Assembly (NCBI GenBank): GCA_963575745.1
Contig: CAUYUJ010000001.1
Span: forward strand, 1 to 64,000
Reading direction: 5' to 3'
DNA length: 64,000 nt
Origin: Prorocentrum cordatum
Taxonomy: Eukaryota
Positions 13,379-29,416 of the stretch are shown piece by piece (position 1 is the first letter of the stretch; each line of letters starts with the position of its first letter). Made by a program: the position numbers and the translations under genes. The notes beneath the pieces were generated by a model that ran no database searches, was not told the origin of the DNA, and saw nothing but the letters and a program-made list of their open reading frames with translations.

Positions 13379-13444
13379 GATCTAGTGGTGGACGACGTGC
13401 TGGCGGGCCGCAAGAACATCAGCCTGGCCATTTCTGAGCCCACG
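13379..13444 (+). CDS. Acyl-CoA dehydrogenase, exon a (DLVVDDVLAGRKNISLAISEPT)
   Basis: AG acceptor at 13377-78 and GC donor at 13445. Joins exon b to rebuild the ACAD motif LAISEPTAGSDV. Confidence 0.9.
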
Positions 13445-16400
13445 GCCCCGATGATCAGTCACGAAAAGTGCTCGAAAGGGAGAAGGAGTTGGAGAGACTG
13501 AGTAGGAGGAACATGTGGAGGAGGAACAGGATGGTGCTCGTCTGAGACGATATTGCGAAGGCCTTAAGGCCAGTGCCGCGGACCCTGGAGGGGGACGACG
13601 ACGACGGCGGCGGCGACGACGATGACGGCGACACTGACATGGGTCAGAGTCTTCATGGATGTATCTTGGGGTGTCTTCGGAGTTCTCTGGGGAAACTATG
13701 GGAGGCAGTTTGGGAGCCTTTCGGAGGCCCCATGGATGCCTTGCTGGAGCCTCTTGGGGGCCTCTTTGGGCTTCCCGGGGGCCTCCTGGGGGCCGCCTGG
13801 GGCCTCTTGAGAGGACTCTTGGGGCTCCTGGGAGCCTCTCGGGGCCGAGCGGCGGTCGACATGTCTGGTCGGGCCCCCCGTCTGGTCACCCTCTTGGAGC
13901 CGTCTTGGGGGCCTCTTGGGCCGTCTTAGAGGCCTCTTGGGTCATTCGGAGGCCCTCTTGGGCCCCTCTTGAGGCGATCTTCAGAAAGGTGTCTTGGGCC
14001 ACACGGGCGCCGCAATGCGCATGGGCCCAGTGCGCCGCGCGAGCCCATGGGCCCCCTGGGTCGTCAGGGCCGCGCTGGGCTTCTGGACCTTGGGAACCCA
14101 GCCGACCATGGCAGCCCCCTGTCAAGCAGTGGCGAAGCGTCCTGGCGTGCCCATAGATCTACCAAACAATGTTCTAAGAACCGTTTGTGGTTTCCACGAG
14201 ATGTCCTTAGAACATGCCTTGCTGGGATTGTCTTGTTTTAAGACATCGAGTTTATGTTCTAAGAACATTGTTGACGCTTCGCGTATCCCCACCAGCCCAT
14301 CCAGAAACGATGCTCAGGGGAGTTGAGGTGATCAGGGAAGTCGGGGAGCATGCAGAATAACAAAGGGCGGGGGAAGCTGTCACAGACCCCGAGAGGGGGA
14401 GGATGGAAGAGGAGTCGTCGTCGTCGTCGTCGTCGTCGGAGGAGGAGGAGGAGGAGGAGGGGGAAGAGGAGGAGGAGGAGGAGGAGGAGGAGGACGGAGA
14501 AGGAGGAAGAATCGGAGGAGGAGGAGGAGGAGGGGAAGGAGCTTCTTGGGGGTCTTTTGAGGGCCTCTTGGAGGGCTTTTTGGGCGCCTTGGGGCATCTT
14601 GGGCGCCTCTTGGGACCCTCTTGAGGCGCTCTGGGGAGCCTTCGGGGCGCTTTTGGGGCCATCTTGGAGGGAGTCGATCAAACAAGAGGGGGGGTTTAAT
14701 TAGCGCCCCCCCTCGGAAGCCCCTAAAATCGCCTCTTGGACCCCTCTTGGAACGCTCTTGGAGTGCTCTTGGGCGCTCTTGGGGCCGTCTTGGGGCTCTT
14801 TTGGGGCTCTCTTGGGGCCCTCTTGGGCCATCTTGGAGCCATCTCCAGGCCTCGGATGGCCATCGGAAGCGAAAAGGCGAGAAAGCAAAAATCATTGATT
14901 TTCCTTAGGTTTTGGGACGATTTTGGCCTCTTCGGGGCCTCCTTGGGGAGCTGTTTGGCCACTTGGAGTTATCTTGGGGCCGTCTTTGGGCTTCTTGGAA
15001 CCATCTTAGGAGCCATCGTGAGCGATCTTGCGCTATCTTGAGCCATCTTGGAGCTCATCTTGGGTTCTCTGAGGCGCTCTTGGAGCCGTCTTGGGCCATC
15101 TTGGACGCTCTAACTACCCGCGGCCCCCCCCGTCCAGGTCCAGGGGAGGGGGTAGGGGGAGGGGTAAACCCCTCCCCAAGGGGGAAGAGGGAGGGGTGGA
15201 AGAGGATCTGCTCTAGACCACCTACGCCCAGAGGGCTGGTGGGATTGTTTGGTTATTAGAACACTTGGGGTTCTAGGCATATTTCGTGGTAGACCTGTAG
15301 GAATGCCGAGACGGTCGGTCCTTGCTCAACCATGGGCCCTTGGGGCGCTATGAGCTCTATCGGGCGTTTTTTGTTAACCACGCGAGCCCCATGACGTGTG
15401 AACCTGGCGAACAACGCGAGCCACTTTGGGCTTTCCGGGCTCTCGCCTACACTTGTTGTTTCCTTCCGTCTTTTCCTGCGCGCTGCGCGATGTCTCCCTT
15501 TCCCCCCTTCCCCGCCCCCCCTGCGATTCCGAAGGCCAGGACGGGCTCACGCTGGCACGAAAAGCAATTCCGAGCTTGATGAAACAAGGACTTTCTTGGT
15601 GCAGCTGTCGGTTTTCTGTCTTTCCCAGCCCCCCGGATCAAAGGGAAGGGGTTCTTTTCGGTTCAACTAAGATGTTCCTTAACTTTCTCGTTCCTCAATT
15701 CCCGTGGGATTGGCGACGACGTTGACGACGTTGACGACGACGACGACGACGACGACGACTCAAACGGGAAAGCGTCTCACACGCGCCGAAGGGTTGGCGG
15801 AGTTTCGAAAAGGGTCGGTGGAAAGCACGGCGCCAACACTGCCAAAGCCAGGGCCCACCGTAAGTTGCACGAGACTACGCACCACAATGGTAAGACTAGG
15901 AGGAGAATGAGGATCAGGCGGGGGTGAGGATAAAAGAGAGAAACACGGGCAGGTGGAGGATCAAGTTACATATTGGGCCGGTCCAGGATGGCCGATCGCT
16001 TTAGACTATGGAGCAAGAAGTGTTCGGAGATATTATCACCCGCCCTCCTCTCCAAGATTCGGCGGCGCGCCCCAGGGATGGACTGCCGAAGGGCCTGCCT
16101 TCTCAGAAAGCGGCGGGGCTTCTCAGAGGCCCTCCCTCCTTCTGAAAAGTTGTCCGAGCCTTTCCGATGTCACAGACGGTTTCTTAGACAGCGGGAGGGT
16201 TTCTGAGAAACCCCGCCGCCGTCTGAGAAGGCCGATCCCCTCTACCTTCCCCCCAGGCGCGCCGCCGAATAGTGGTTGCACCAACATGTTCGTAAATGGC
16301 CTGCCACCACTGCGACGGTGATCAATGTGATTTATAGATCACGCCCCGCCCGCCCAGAACCGGTTCGGCCCGATGTTTGCACGACGTTGCGGTGCATTTT

Positions 16401-16522
16401 GGCACAGCCGATGTGGTTCGATTCCGACTCCGCGCCGATGCAGCCCGATCCAACGCACAGTTCGATTCGATCCAATTTCCCGACTGGAGGAGGAAAGGAG
16501 GGGGGAGGAGGAGGAGGGTGAG

Positions 16523-16556
<34 letters not shown>

Positions 16557-16929
16557 AGGAGGAGCAGGAGGTGGAGGAGGAGGAAGAAGAGGATCGCGCA
16601 GAGGATTTTGGAGGAGGAGGAGGAGGACAGAGAGGAGGAAGAGGAGGAGGAGGATGCGGATGAGGAGGAGGACAAGGAGGAGGAGGACAAGGAGGAGGAG
16701 GATAAGGAGGATGAGGACGAGGACGAGGAGGAGGACGAGGAGGAGGAGGAGGAGGAGGAGGAGGAGAAGAAGGAGGGGGAGGAGGAGGAGGAGAGGAGGA
16801 GGAGGAGGAGGAGGAGGAGGAGGAGGAGGAGAGGAGGAGGAGGAGGAGGAGGAGGAGGAGGAGGAGGAGGAGGAGGAGGAAGAGGAGGAACTCGATGCTG
16901 ACTGGTCCTCGTGGTCGCAGCCCCCGAAG

Positions 16930-16975
16930 GCTGGTTCGGACGTCGCCAACTTGCGCGCCACGGCCACGCGCGAAG
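16930..16975 (+). CDS. Acyl-CoA dehydrogenase, exon b (AGSDVANLRATATRE-G)
   Basis: AG acceptor and GT donor; ACAD signature region AGSDVxxLxxxA. Confidence 0.9.
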
Positions 16976-17579
16976 GTGGCGCGCGCCGCCGTCGCCGCCT
17001 CCTCCTCCTTGTCATGATCCTCCTATTCCTCCTCCCCCTCCTCCTCCTCCTCCTCTTCCTCCCCTCCTGCTCCTGCTCCTTCTCCTCCTCCTACTCCTCC
17101 TTCTGCTCCTCCGCATCCTCCTCGTCTTCCTCATCCTCCTCCTCCGCATCCTCCTCCTCCGCATCCTCCGCATTATCCGCCTCCTCCACCTCCACCTCCT
17201 CCTCCTCCTCCTCCTCCTCCTCCTCTTCCTCCTCCGCCTTGTCTTCCTCCTCCTCCTCCTCTCCTCCTGGTCCTCCTCCTCCTCCCTCCTCCTTCTCCTC
17301 CTCTTGCTCCTCCTCCTCCCCCTCCTCCTCCTCCTGCTCCTCCTCCTCCTCCTCCTCCTTCCCTCCCCCTATTCCTTCTCCTCATCCTCCTCATCCTCCT
17401 CCTCGTCCTCCTCGTCCTCCTCCTCCTACTCCCGATCCTTTTGTTAACACCCTCGCGGTGTTAACAAAAGGAGCCGTTTGGCAAAGGTTCGGCCTCTGGG
17501 GTGCCCCACTGTGCCGCAGGACCGTCAAATGATCCTGGCGAAGGGCCAAACATATCCAGTTGTGAATACCGCCGGTGTG

Positions 17580-17790
17580 AGAACTGCCTTCGGTGGAGCT
17601 CCCTATGGGCGCGAAGCGCGCGAAGGGTGCGCCGCCATGGGGCGGGGCCGCCATGCGGCCGCTGCCACTGGGGCCTTCGGTGGAGCTCCCTATGGGGCCA
17701 CGAAGCGTGCGAGGGGTGTGCCAATGTGGAGGGGGGCGGCATGCGAACCATGCCATTGGGGCCTTCGGTGGAGCTCCCTGTTCGGACCCC
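17580..17790. repeat. Dispersed/tandem repeat with core GCCTTCGGTGGAGCTCCCT (3 copies)
   Basis: The core recurs near 17586, 17673 and 17761. Confidence 0.85.
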
Positions 17791-18800
17791 TCACCCGACA
17801 CTTCCTGGCCCCCGAACCGACCCCGACCCGCCACCCTAACCTCTCTCCACGCTCCGGCATCCCAGCACTCTGGGCCTCTGTTCTTGGGACCCCCCACGCG
17901 ACAGTTCCTGGCCCGGAACCGGCCCCGACCCCGCACCCTAACTTCCCACCCCGCCCCGGCACTCGCCCACCCTCTGGACCTTGTTCTTCGCACCCCTCAC
18001 CCGAACCGACCACGATCCCCCACCCTGACACCCCACCACGCCCTGACACACCCACCCTCAGGACTTCTGTTCTTGGGACCCTCCACCCGGCAATTCCCGT
18101 CCCGGGAAAGACCCCGACCCCCCACCCTGACTCCTCGCCACGCCCCGGCTTCCCCACCCTCTGGACTTCAGTGTTCTTGGGACCCCCCATGCACCCGACA
18201 AGTCCTGGCCCGGAACCGACCCTCCGTTGTGACCCCTCAGCACGCCCCCGCGCCCACACCCTCTGAGCCTCTCTCCTTGGAACCCTCCACGCGACCCCCA
18301 CCCTACAAGTCTTAGCCTGGAACCGACCCCGACACCCCACTTTGCCCCCTCACCGCGCCCTGGCACCCCCACCCTCTGACGTCTGCTCCTGGGACTTTTG
18401 GCTCGGAGCCGACCCCGACCACCCGCCCTGACCCCTCACCGCGCCCCGGCCTCCCCATCCTCTGGGCGTCTCTTCTTGGGGCACGCCACTCGACAATCCC
18501 TCGCCCAGCACCGACCCCGACCCCGCACCCGGACCCCTCACCGCGCCCCCGGCACCCTCACCCGCTGGGTTCCCCGCAGCGCTCCAAACGCTACGAAACT
18601 TGTTTCTTATATATATATATATATATATACACATAATTTTTTATTTATTTTTAATATATATATATATATAATATATATATATATAAACAAAAAAAAAGGC
18701 GCCCCGGCACCCTCACCCTCTGGACCTCTGCTCTTGGGACCCGCCACCCGCCAAGGTCCTGCCCCAGAACCGGCCCCGGCCCCCCCCCCCACCCTGGCCC
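17790..18800. repeat. Degenerate C-rich satellite (CCCTCTGGACxTCTGTTCTTGGGACCC...GGAACCGACCCCGACCCC) interrupted by a (TA)n block
   Basis: About 8 diverged units of roughly 90-110 bp; (TA)n at about 18607-18685. Confidence 0.75.
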
Positions 18801-19109
18801 CTCGTGGCGCCCCGGCGGCCTGCGCCGCTTCTCGGCGCCGCGTCTTCCGATAATTACCCCGTGGCTACAACGCCGAAGAGTAAATTTGGAGCGTGAATTA
18901 CCTACCCCGCTTTCGCTTCCAGGCAAAACCAAGTCATACCACGCGCCTCCTCGTCAAGCGGCCTGACCAGTACAGGCCGTAGTTTGGCATCGCTTGGTAT
19001 CTTTTGGAAGCGAGGGTGGTCAAAAGCGAGGTAGGTTTGTTCGCCCCCTATAGATGCCCCCATGCGACCACCGCAGACAGACCTGTTTTGCGTCGGCGGC
19101 CAGGCTTAA

Positions 19110-19252
19110 GTCGGGCCTGTCCCTCTACAGGGGGAAGATTCAAAAATGGTCGAGACAAATATGGGGACAATGTTTTGACATGTTTTGAGCATATTCGGTG
19201 TATTGTTTTGCTTTTTTTCGCCCGAGATCCCCTGTAGGGGGACAGGCCCGAC
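19110..19252. mobile_element. MITE family A, copy 2
   Basis: GTCGGGCCTGTCCCTCTACAGG...CCTGTAGGGGGACAGGCCCGAC. Confidence 0.85.
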
Positions 19253-22200
19253 CTGAGGCTAGGCAGGGGACGTCTGCGCCGGCGATGGGATGCCTAAACG
19301 GGGATGCCTTGCGATGGCGAGCGGCTCAGGGGGGGCGTATCGCTCCCCGAGTGAGCGCACCGTTGACAGGCATGCAGCGGACTCCGCGCGGGAGTCCTCT
19401 TTGGGGTCGACGGCAGAGGCGGCAGCCTTTAAATTTTCAGGCGGGAAGCCCCCCGAACAGAGGTTCAGAGGTTGGGGGTGCGGGGGCGAGGTGGGGGTCA
19501 AGCCAGGGCTCCAGTCTGGTGAACGTGTTCTGTGACATGTTGTGTCTTCCGTGTTACCGCTGAAAGAACAGCCCACACGGAGAGTCAAGGGACATGAGGA
19601 GGCGTAGTGTCCGGTGAGAGAATATCCTACGCCTTTGGGGTCGGCGGATCACGCGTTGCTCTGCGATGAGAGCATTTTGCGTTATCGTGAAGGCCGCACG
19701 GCCAGTGCCGCCGTCCCTGAAAACGATGACGACGAGGACGACAAGGAGGATGAGGATAGAAGCGGTGGGTGGCAATAGCGCCTCTAATTGTATGTGGTGA
19801 CACATGTGCCTTGAGGTGGAGGTACGGGTCCCCCCCTACGGCCGTCTGCGTTGGCCGATGGACCGTAGGGGGGTCCTCGGTCCCCTCCAGTGCACATTGA
19901 CGGCAGACTTGAAGGTTGATTGGTGGGGGCGGGAACCCAAGCAGCCGCATTGATGGAACCTGCGAGGGGTGTGAGGCATTGACGGTCCTCACCGGCGAGG
20001 CCCATTGGCGGTCTTTGTCGAGGGGAGGAGGGGGAGGGGGTGTCATAAGCGACGATGCCGTCCGCAATACGTTCTGGTCCTGAAGCGGGAATTCCTGAAA
20101 AGGGAGGCACAGCACGAACGGCATACACAGTTTCGACTCCGAACTGAGTAGGCCCTGCGCACTCAGTATCCAACGGGGGGGGATAACGAGTGCGCACGCT
20201 CACGCTCTGGTGCCCGTTTGTTGTGCCCCCAGGGGCGGACGAAAGTGCCACCCCCCCCAGTGGCAAACCGGAGGCCTGGGGGGCAGCCGCGCCCCGCCAA
20301 GAACATGCCCAAGGAGGGGGAGTCATCCCCCGATTCAGAACCCAGAGGAAAAGGAAGAGGGAAAGGAAGGCGCACGCAGGGAGACGGGCGAGGGGGAGGA
20401 GCGGAGGAGGAGGAGAGGAGGTTGGGGCGCTCGTTCCTTTGATTCTCGCGCGGCCACGGCGATGGTAAGGTCCTGCGGCGGAGTCCTGAGAAGGGTCACC
20501 TGAACCTGATCATATTGCGGGGCGGAGGCGGGGGCGGTGGACCTGAAAACCCAAGGGGAGCCGAAGAACGGCACGGACGGACCCAGCACCGGAGCGAGAA
20601 CACGGCGGCCAGCAAAGGAAGACGACAGAAGGGGGCAGGACGAAGAAGCGACAACGCGAAAGAAACGACCAGGCCAGGGGGGAGCAATGCTTTGACAAAG
20701 GAGAAGCATCTGCGACCCAAAAGGTTCCTGGAGGTCGACCTTCACGATAGGTTGACGGGGATCGGGCCGGCCGCACGAGTGCCACTCTGGCACGGGTCGA
20801 ACCGTTACCCTTGGCGGGTGGCAAGAGGGACGTGACCGCATGAGTGCCAGAACGGCACGGATCGAGCCGTCACCCTTGGAGTGCGATGCGGGGGTGGCCA
20901 AAGTGCCAACAGGCACAACCAGTCAGCAGGGGGATCAAAACCGTTCACGGCCCGTGAGGAAAAGGAGGCGGAGGACGCGGTGGAGCAGCAGGAGGGGAAG
21001 GAGGACGATGCGGACAAGGATGATGAGGGGGAGCAGGATCAGGGGGAGGACGGGAGAGGAAGGAGCAGGAGGACAGAGAGAGTGGGAGTCGGAGGAGCAA
21101 GAGAAGACGGAGGACGCGGAGGAGGGGGAGGAGGAGGGGCAGGAAGAGGAGGATGGGAAGGACGAGGTCGAGGTAAGGTTCGGAGGGCGGGAAGAAGGGC
21201 ACACGAAGGAGGGGGGTGCATGAGGAGGAGGAGGAGGAGGAGGAGGAGGAGGAGAATAATGATCAGGAGGATGGGTATGATGAGGAGGAGGGGGATGCGA
21301 AGGAGAGGGATGAGGAGGAGGGAAAGGGTGAGGAACAGGAGGAAGAGCAGGAGGAACAGGAGGAGGAGGAGGACGCTGTGGAGCAGGAGGCAGAGGATGA
21401 GGAAGAGCATGCGGAGAAGGATGAGGAAGGGGAGTTGGAGCAAGAGGAGGTCGAGACGGGCAATGAGCAGATTGAAAACGAGGAGGAGAAGGATGAGGGT
21501 CATTAGCAGGGGGCGGAGAGGATGCTTGTCAGGGTCTCTTCGGAGCCCTTCGGGGGCCTCTGGTGCGCAGTTTGGGGCGTTCGGGGAGACCCTTCAGGGG
21601 CCTCTTCGGAGGCTCTTGGGGGCCCCCGGGGGCGTCCTGGGGGCTTGATGTTGATGGGGGCGTCTTGGAGGCCTCCTAGGGCCTCCTGAGAGCTTCTCGG
21701 GGGCGAGGGCTCGAGATATCCGTTCGGGTCCCCTGTCGGGGCACCCTCTCGAAGCCGTCTTGGGTGCATCTTTGTTTGTCTTGGAGGCGTCTCTGGCCGT
21801 CTTGGGGTTCTCTTGGGCCATGTTGGGAACCTCTTGGAGGACTTTGGGCCGTCTTGGAGCGATCTTAGGGGCCTCTGGGGCCTGCTCTGCGATGAGCACA
21901 GGTTGCGCTGTTTGCTGGCATTCGCGGGCCTAAACTCTGAACCCTAAACCCTAGATTGGTGCGATTTCTCATCTACAGGTCCCGCTTGCAAGGGACAGCG
22001 GATTGCCATGCTGGGCTCGTCTTGGGTCCCCCCTGGGGCCCGAGAAACTCATGCGGGGAGCCGCGAGGACCTCTGGGGGACGCCACGAGCCCCAGAAGAT
22101 TTGAGAATTTGGGCTCCGGGGCCCCGAAGAACCCTTAGGGTCGAGGACGGAGGCTCCGGGGATTATGCGAAGGACTGGAGGACACGCCCACTCCGTGCCC

Positions 22201-23304
22201 CAAGGCACGGTGGCGGATAGTTTTTTCCCCCTGCGAGCCCAGTGGACAACATGCGCGACGCCGTCGCAAGTGGCTAACCATGCCGAAGCACGTTGCCAGC
22301 GTGGGGCTGATCATGCCGATACATAGTGCCGTCTCAGAAAAAATAGGCATGCCTCCTCCTGTCCTCTCCGCGTTTCCAGAACAGGCCGCTGGTCTCGCTG
22401 CGTGTTGGGAGCCCGTGGTGTGAAAGACGTGTTCCCCAATGCTTTTGGCAGGGTCCGTCTCATCATCCTCCCTCTCCCCCTCATGTTCCCGTGAGACCCC
22501 AGAAGCGATAGAAGGTCGGAGACGATGAAGAGGAAGCATAAGATAATGAACATGAGGAGGTGTGGAAACGGGGTGCACACAACGCAGGGTGGGTTGGAAG
22601 GAGGGGGGCACGAAGTCTGGAATTCTTCTGCGTGCAAGAGGTGGGGAAGAGCAGCTGCGCAGCCGACTCGCCACCGCACCTGTGCTGCTCCTCTCTCTTT
22701 GGTCGACCAGAAAACAAACGACACCGCCCTACCTGCGGCCCTCCATGCTGCGCTGCTGTTCGTCGGGGTCCGGAGCGCATACCACGCATAAGCCCGCGCC
22801 AGATCTCCTGGTGCACGCTGAGCTCCGTGGGGCCTTCGATGGGGTGGTGGAGGGGGGCACCGGAGGAGGCCCGAACCGCTCGCGCTCTTCCCGCCCTCGC
22901 TTCTCCCTCCCGCAGTTCTCCCTTCGCCCGAGCGTCCCAAAACCCTTTGCGACGTCGTCTTATTCCCCACATCCAAAGTGGGGTTCTTGTTTTCTCTGGA
23001 CACCCCGCGCAGGAACAGGAACACACACACACACACACACACCCACTCACACTCACTCACACTCTCTCATCATCAACCTCATCAGCATCATCGATGATGC
23101 TCTCTCACATGCTTAGTCACTCACATACTCATCATCATCATCACTCGCACTCTCTCACACGCTCACGATCATCATCATCATCATCATCGGCATCGGCATC
23201 ATCCTCATTCAAACATCATCATCGCCACCACCACTCACAATCAATCATCATCCTCTTCACCACTCATCTTCACCACCACTCATCATCCTCATCCTCATCA
23301 TCGT

Positions 23305-24060
23305 TGAGTAAATTGTGAGGAAGTCTCAGGCGGGAGCCCCCTCCCTATGGGGCCCGCAGATCATGTTGGTAATCCGAGCGGGTCATCGGAACCCTGTAAC
23401 TGTCGTCACTTTTGGGCTCCCAGGCTTGAAAATGGAGGAAGTCTCAGGCGGGAGCCTCGTCTGTGAGTGAATTGGGAGGAAGGTCTCAGGCGGGAGCTCC
23501 CTCCCTATGGGGCCCGCAGATCATGTTGGTAATCCGAGCGGGTCATCGGAACCTTGTAACTGTCGTCACTTCTGGGCTCCTCAAGCCTGAATTTGGAGGA
23601 AGTCTCAGGCGGGAGCCTCGTCTGTGAGTGAATTCTGAGGAAGGCTCAGGCGGGAGCCCCCTCCCTATGGGGCCCGCAGATCATGTTGGTAATCCGAGCG
23701 GGTCATCGGAACCCTGTAACTGTCGTCACTTTTGGGCTCGTCAAGCCTGAATTTGGAGGAAGTCTCAGGCGGGAGCCTCGTCTCTGAGTGAATTGTGAGG
23801 AAGTCTCAGGCGGGAGCCCCCTCCCTATGGGGCCCGCAGATCATGTTGGTAATCCGAGCGGGTCATCGGAAACCTGTAACTGTCGTCACTTTTGGGCTCC
23901 TCAAGCCTGAATATGGAGGAAGTCTCAGGCGGGAGCCTCGTCTGTGAGTGAACTGCGAGGAAGTCTCAGGCGGGAGCCCCCTCCCTATGGGGCCCGCAGA
24001 TCATGTTGGTAATCCGAGCGGGTCATCCAAAACCTGTAACTGTCGTCAATTTTGGGTTCT
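23305..24060. repeat. Tandem repeat, ~160-bp unit, ~4.7 copies
   Basis: Units start at 23305, 23464, 23625, 23785 and 23945. Each contains two copies of GAGGAAGTCTCAGGCGGGAGCC. Confidence 0.95.
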
Positions 24061-24120
24061 CGCGCTGCCAGAACGCAGCTCCCAGGCCACATTTTGGACG
24101 CAACAAGGAAGTTTTTGGGC

Positions 24121-24610
24121 TCCTCAGGTCGCCGAGGTGCTGCGACAGGGCGCCGAAGGCGCCGACGACGACGGCCAGGCCGAGGCGCGGGCGCGGAGCT
24201 TGCTGATGTTCAGGCCCAGCGAAAGGGAGTTCACATGGCAGAGCTCGGGGGCGCACAGCGTGCGCCGCTCGGGGTTCACCCTGACGCACGCGTCCTACCT
24301 GACCTCCACGCTGTCGCAGGGCCAGACGCTGCGCAAGGGCGTCACCATCGACTGCGCGAGAGACGAGGACGCTGGCCGCACGGGCATGTCGGACGAGCAG
24401 TGGTGGCTGCACCTCTACGTCATGTTCTCCCGCGCCACGTGCATGCGGAACATGCTGATCCTGCGGCCGCCGCCGCGAGAGTTCCTGGAGTGCGGGCCGC
24501 CGGCGTCCCTGCGGAAGGCGCTCCTGGAGTTCGACAAGAGAGCGGTTTTGTCCAGGGCGGAGGCGAAGCAGCTCGCGGCAGAGCTGGGCTTCGTGCTGCC
24601 TTCCGCCTGA
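24121..24610 (+). pseudogene. PIF1-family (Helitron RepHel-like) helicase C-terminal fragment
   Basis: VRRSGFTLTHASYLTSTLSQGQTL and LYVMFSRAT match SF1B/PIF1 helicase motifs V and VI. GC3-rich coding bias; 5' truncated; stop at 24608-24610. Confidence 0.8.
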
Positions 24611-25154
24611 GCGCGGCTGCGCCTCGCTCGAAGCCCGCGGGGTTGTCCCAACGGCTTGGTCTTGCGCGCCAACGGCTCGCGGGGTTGTCCCGACAGCCTG
24701 GCCCGCGGGGTTGTCCCAACGGCTGCGCGACGTGACCAGTAGAGAACGCGCCTGCGCTGGCCGTGGCGGCGACGGCGCCGAGGAACATCGACATGCGCGC
24801 TCATGCAACAGGAAGGGGAGGAGGTGGCGGGGCGCGGAACAAACAGGGGGGCGAGGATGGGGACAACGTAAGGAGTGGAAGGGGGGCCCGCGCCAAGGCG
24901 AGAGGAAATATACGCAGAAGAGACAGCCAGGACGCCTCACCAACCACGAGGACGACGGTGGTGGTTTTTTTCCAGATTCGCCCAGAGGGTTCTTATGTGG
25001 GGTTCTTCCGTCGGAGTAATTGATTTTTGGGGTGGTAAGACGAAGAGAACGAGGAGGAGGAGGACGAGGAGGAGGAGGAGAGGGAGGTGGTGGAGGAGGA
25101 GGCGGAGGAGGAGGAGGAGGAAAAGCAGGAATGGGGACGAGGAAGAGGAGGACT

Positions 25155-27980
<2,826 letters not shown>

Positions 27981-29050
27981 ATTACTATCTCTTCTCGTTC
28001 TCTTCCTCCTCCTCCCCCTTCTCCTCCTCCACGTCCTCAGTATCCTTCTCCTGCTTCTCCGCCTCCTCCTCCCCCTCCCCTTTATCGCTACGCGATCAGG
28101 CAGAGACTCCAGAGACTCCTACCCCTCCTCCTCTCCCTTTCCTTTTCCCTTTTATAAATCACGCTTCCCTGTCGCACCCCGCGGCCAGATGCCAAGGTGG
28201 GCCAGGCGTTTGAAGAGAGACTTCATCATCTATGACCCTGAAATTGAGAGATTGGCAACAGCTTCACAGATGGAGGGCGGGTCGTTTTGAAAATGTGGCT
28301 ATCGCCTTAGCGCCGCGCGCATTGGTTTTTTGGTTGAACAAATTGCAAGAGATTCGCGGATTGAGGGCGGGTTCTCGCTTTGGCGCCTCGCACAGCCGTC
28401 TAATAAAATTTCAGAGCCTCACGGAATGAGGGCAGCCCGTTTCAACATGTGGTTGTCGCCTTAGCGCCGCGCACACACGCACATTCGTTTTAGATTATTG
28501 CAGAAGTTTCGCGAGTTCCCATGATCAACGCACAAGACACGGCGCCTCTGAAGGATTCAGGATTATGAGGCGCAACAACAGTTATGTTGCCTCGCGGTTT
28601 TGAAGTCCCAGGAATGGCGCTTTGGCACGGTTCATGATCGTCAAAATGCAACAGTCCGTCTGATTCGCGGTGTTGGAATCCCGGGAACAATGTCTCGGCA
28701 GGCTTCATGGTGTTCGAACGGATGTTTTCCAACGAGGCAGTTCTTTCAGTGGAATGAACCGTTGTAGGAGCCTTTTGAAGAGGGAGTTTGCATGGGGGGT
28801 GTGCTAACATCGTTGACGACCCTTGGGTTTACACTGGTCCTCCTCCTCCTCTTTTTCCTTCTTCTCTTCTTCCCCCTGTTAAATGCCGTGTTGCGCTCAG
28901 GGAGTGCTGCAACAGCATGCTTTAGAAACGGCCAAATGTTGTTGCGAGCCAGGTTGTTCGCTTCTTGAGATCCGCCCCGAGGGGGGCATCATATAGTTGC
29001 TCTCTAGTGGGGCACATCACCACGGTTTCCTTTTGGCAGTTCTTGGCGCC

Positions 29051-29416
29051 ATGAGCGATTTCAGTTGGGACCGCATGGGGAAGGCACCGTGGCAGACAAG
29101 ACCGCGCCGTTGGGGGTCCTACACGAGACCTCCAGTTCAGGACCGCGGGCAGAATGAGTCCCACGATTGGCACGCGAGAGATGGGTGGTACACCGTGTCC
29201 AGCTCCAGAGGCCAGATTCTTTGTCACCGCTGCAGCTGCCGAAATAATCCCAGAGGAGATCTGCGCTGCAAGCAGTGTGGTGCTAGCTTGAGATCAACTC
29301 CGCAGGAGTCTACTGACAGAAGCACGGTGCCCAGCCAGGTTACCAGCGACACCAATGGTGGCAACGGTGGGCGCAAGGGTGATGGCAAAGCGAGTGGAGG
29401 CAAAGGGCCCACATGA
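29051..29416 (+). pseudogene. Decayed LINE ORF1-like fragment (zinc finger and Gly/Lys-rich stretch)
   Basis: CHRCSCRNNPRGDLRCKQC resembles the fingers of the two SL-capped elements; GGRKGDGKASGGKG follows. Downstream sequence to about 30480 looks like degraded coiled-coil coding DNA. Confidence 0.45.

Noticed and set aside
10400..15250. ORFs in the GGGCCxTCTTGG-type degenerate repeats (also 21530-21890)
   Set aside because: Low-complexity dispersed repeats of 10-12-bp subunits with no protein signal.
21930..21954. Telomere-like (CCCTAAA) repeats
   Set aside because: Only about two good units; at most an interstitial remnant.
23305..24060. CRISPR-like appearance of the recurring 22-mer GAGGAAGTCTCAGGCGGGAGCC
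   Set aside because: The intervening sequences are themselves repeated rather than unique spacers, there are no cas genes, and I found no hammerhead core on either strand.
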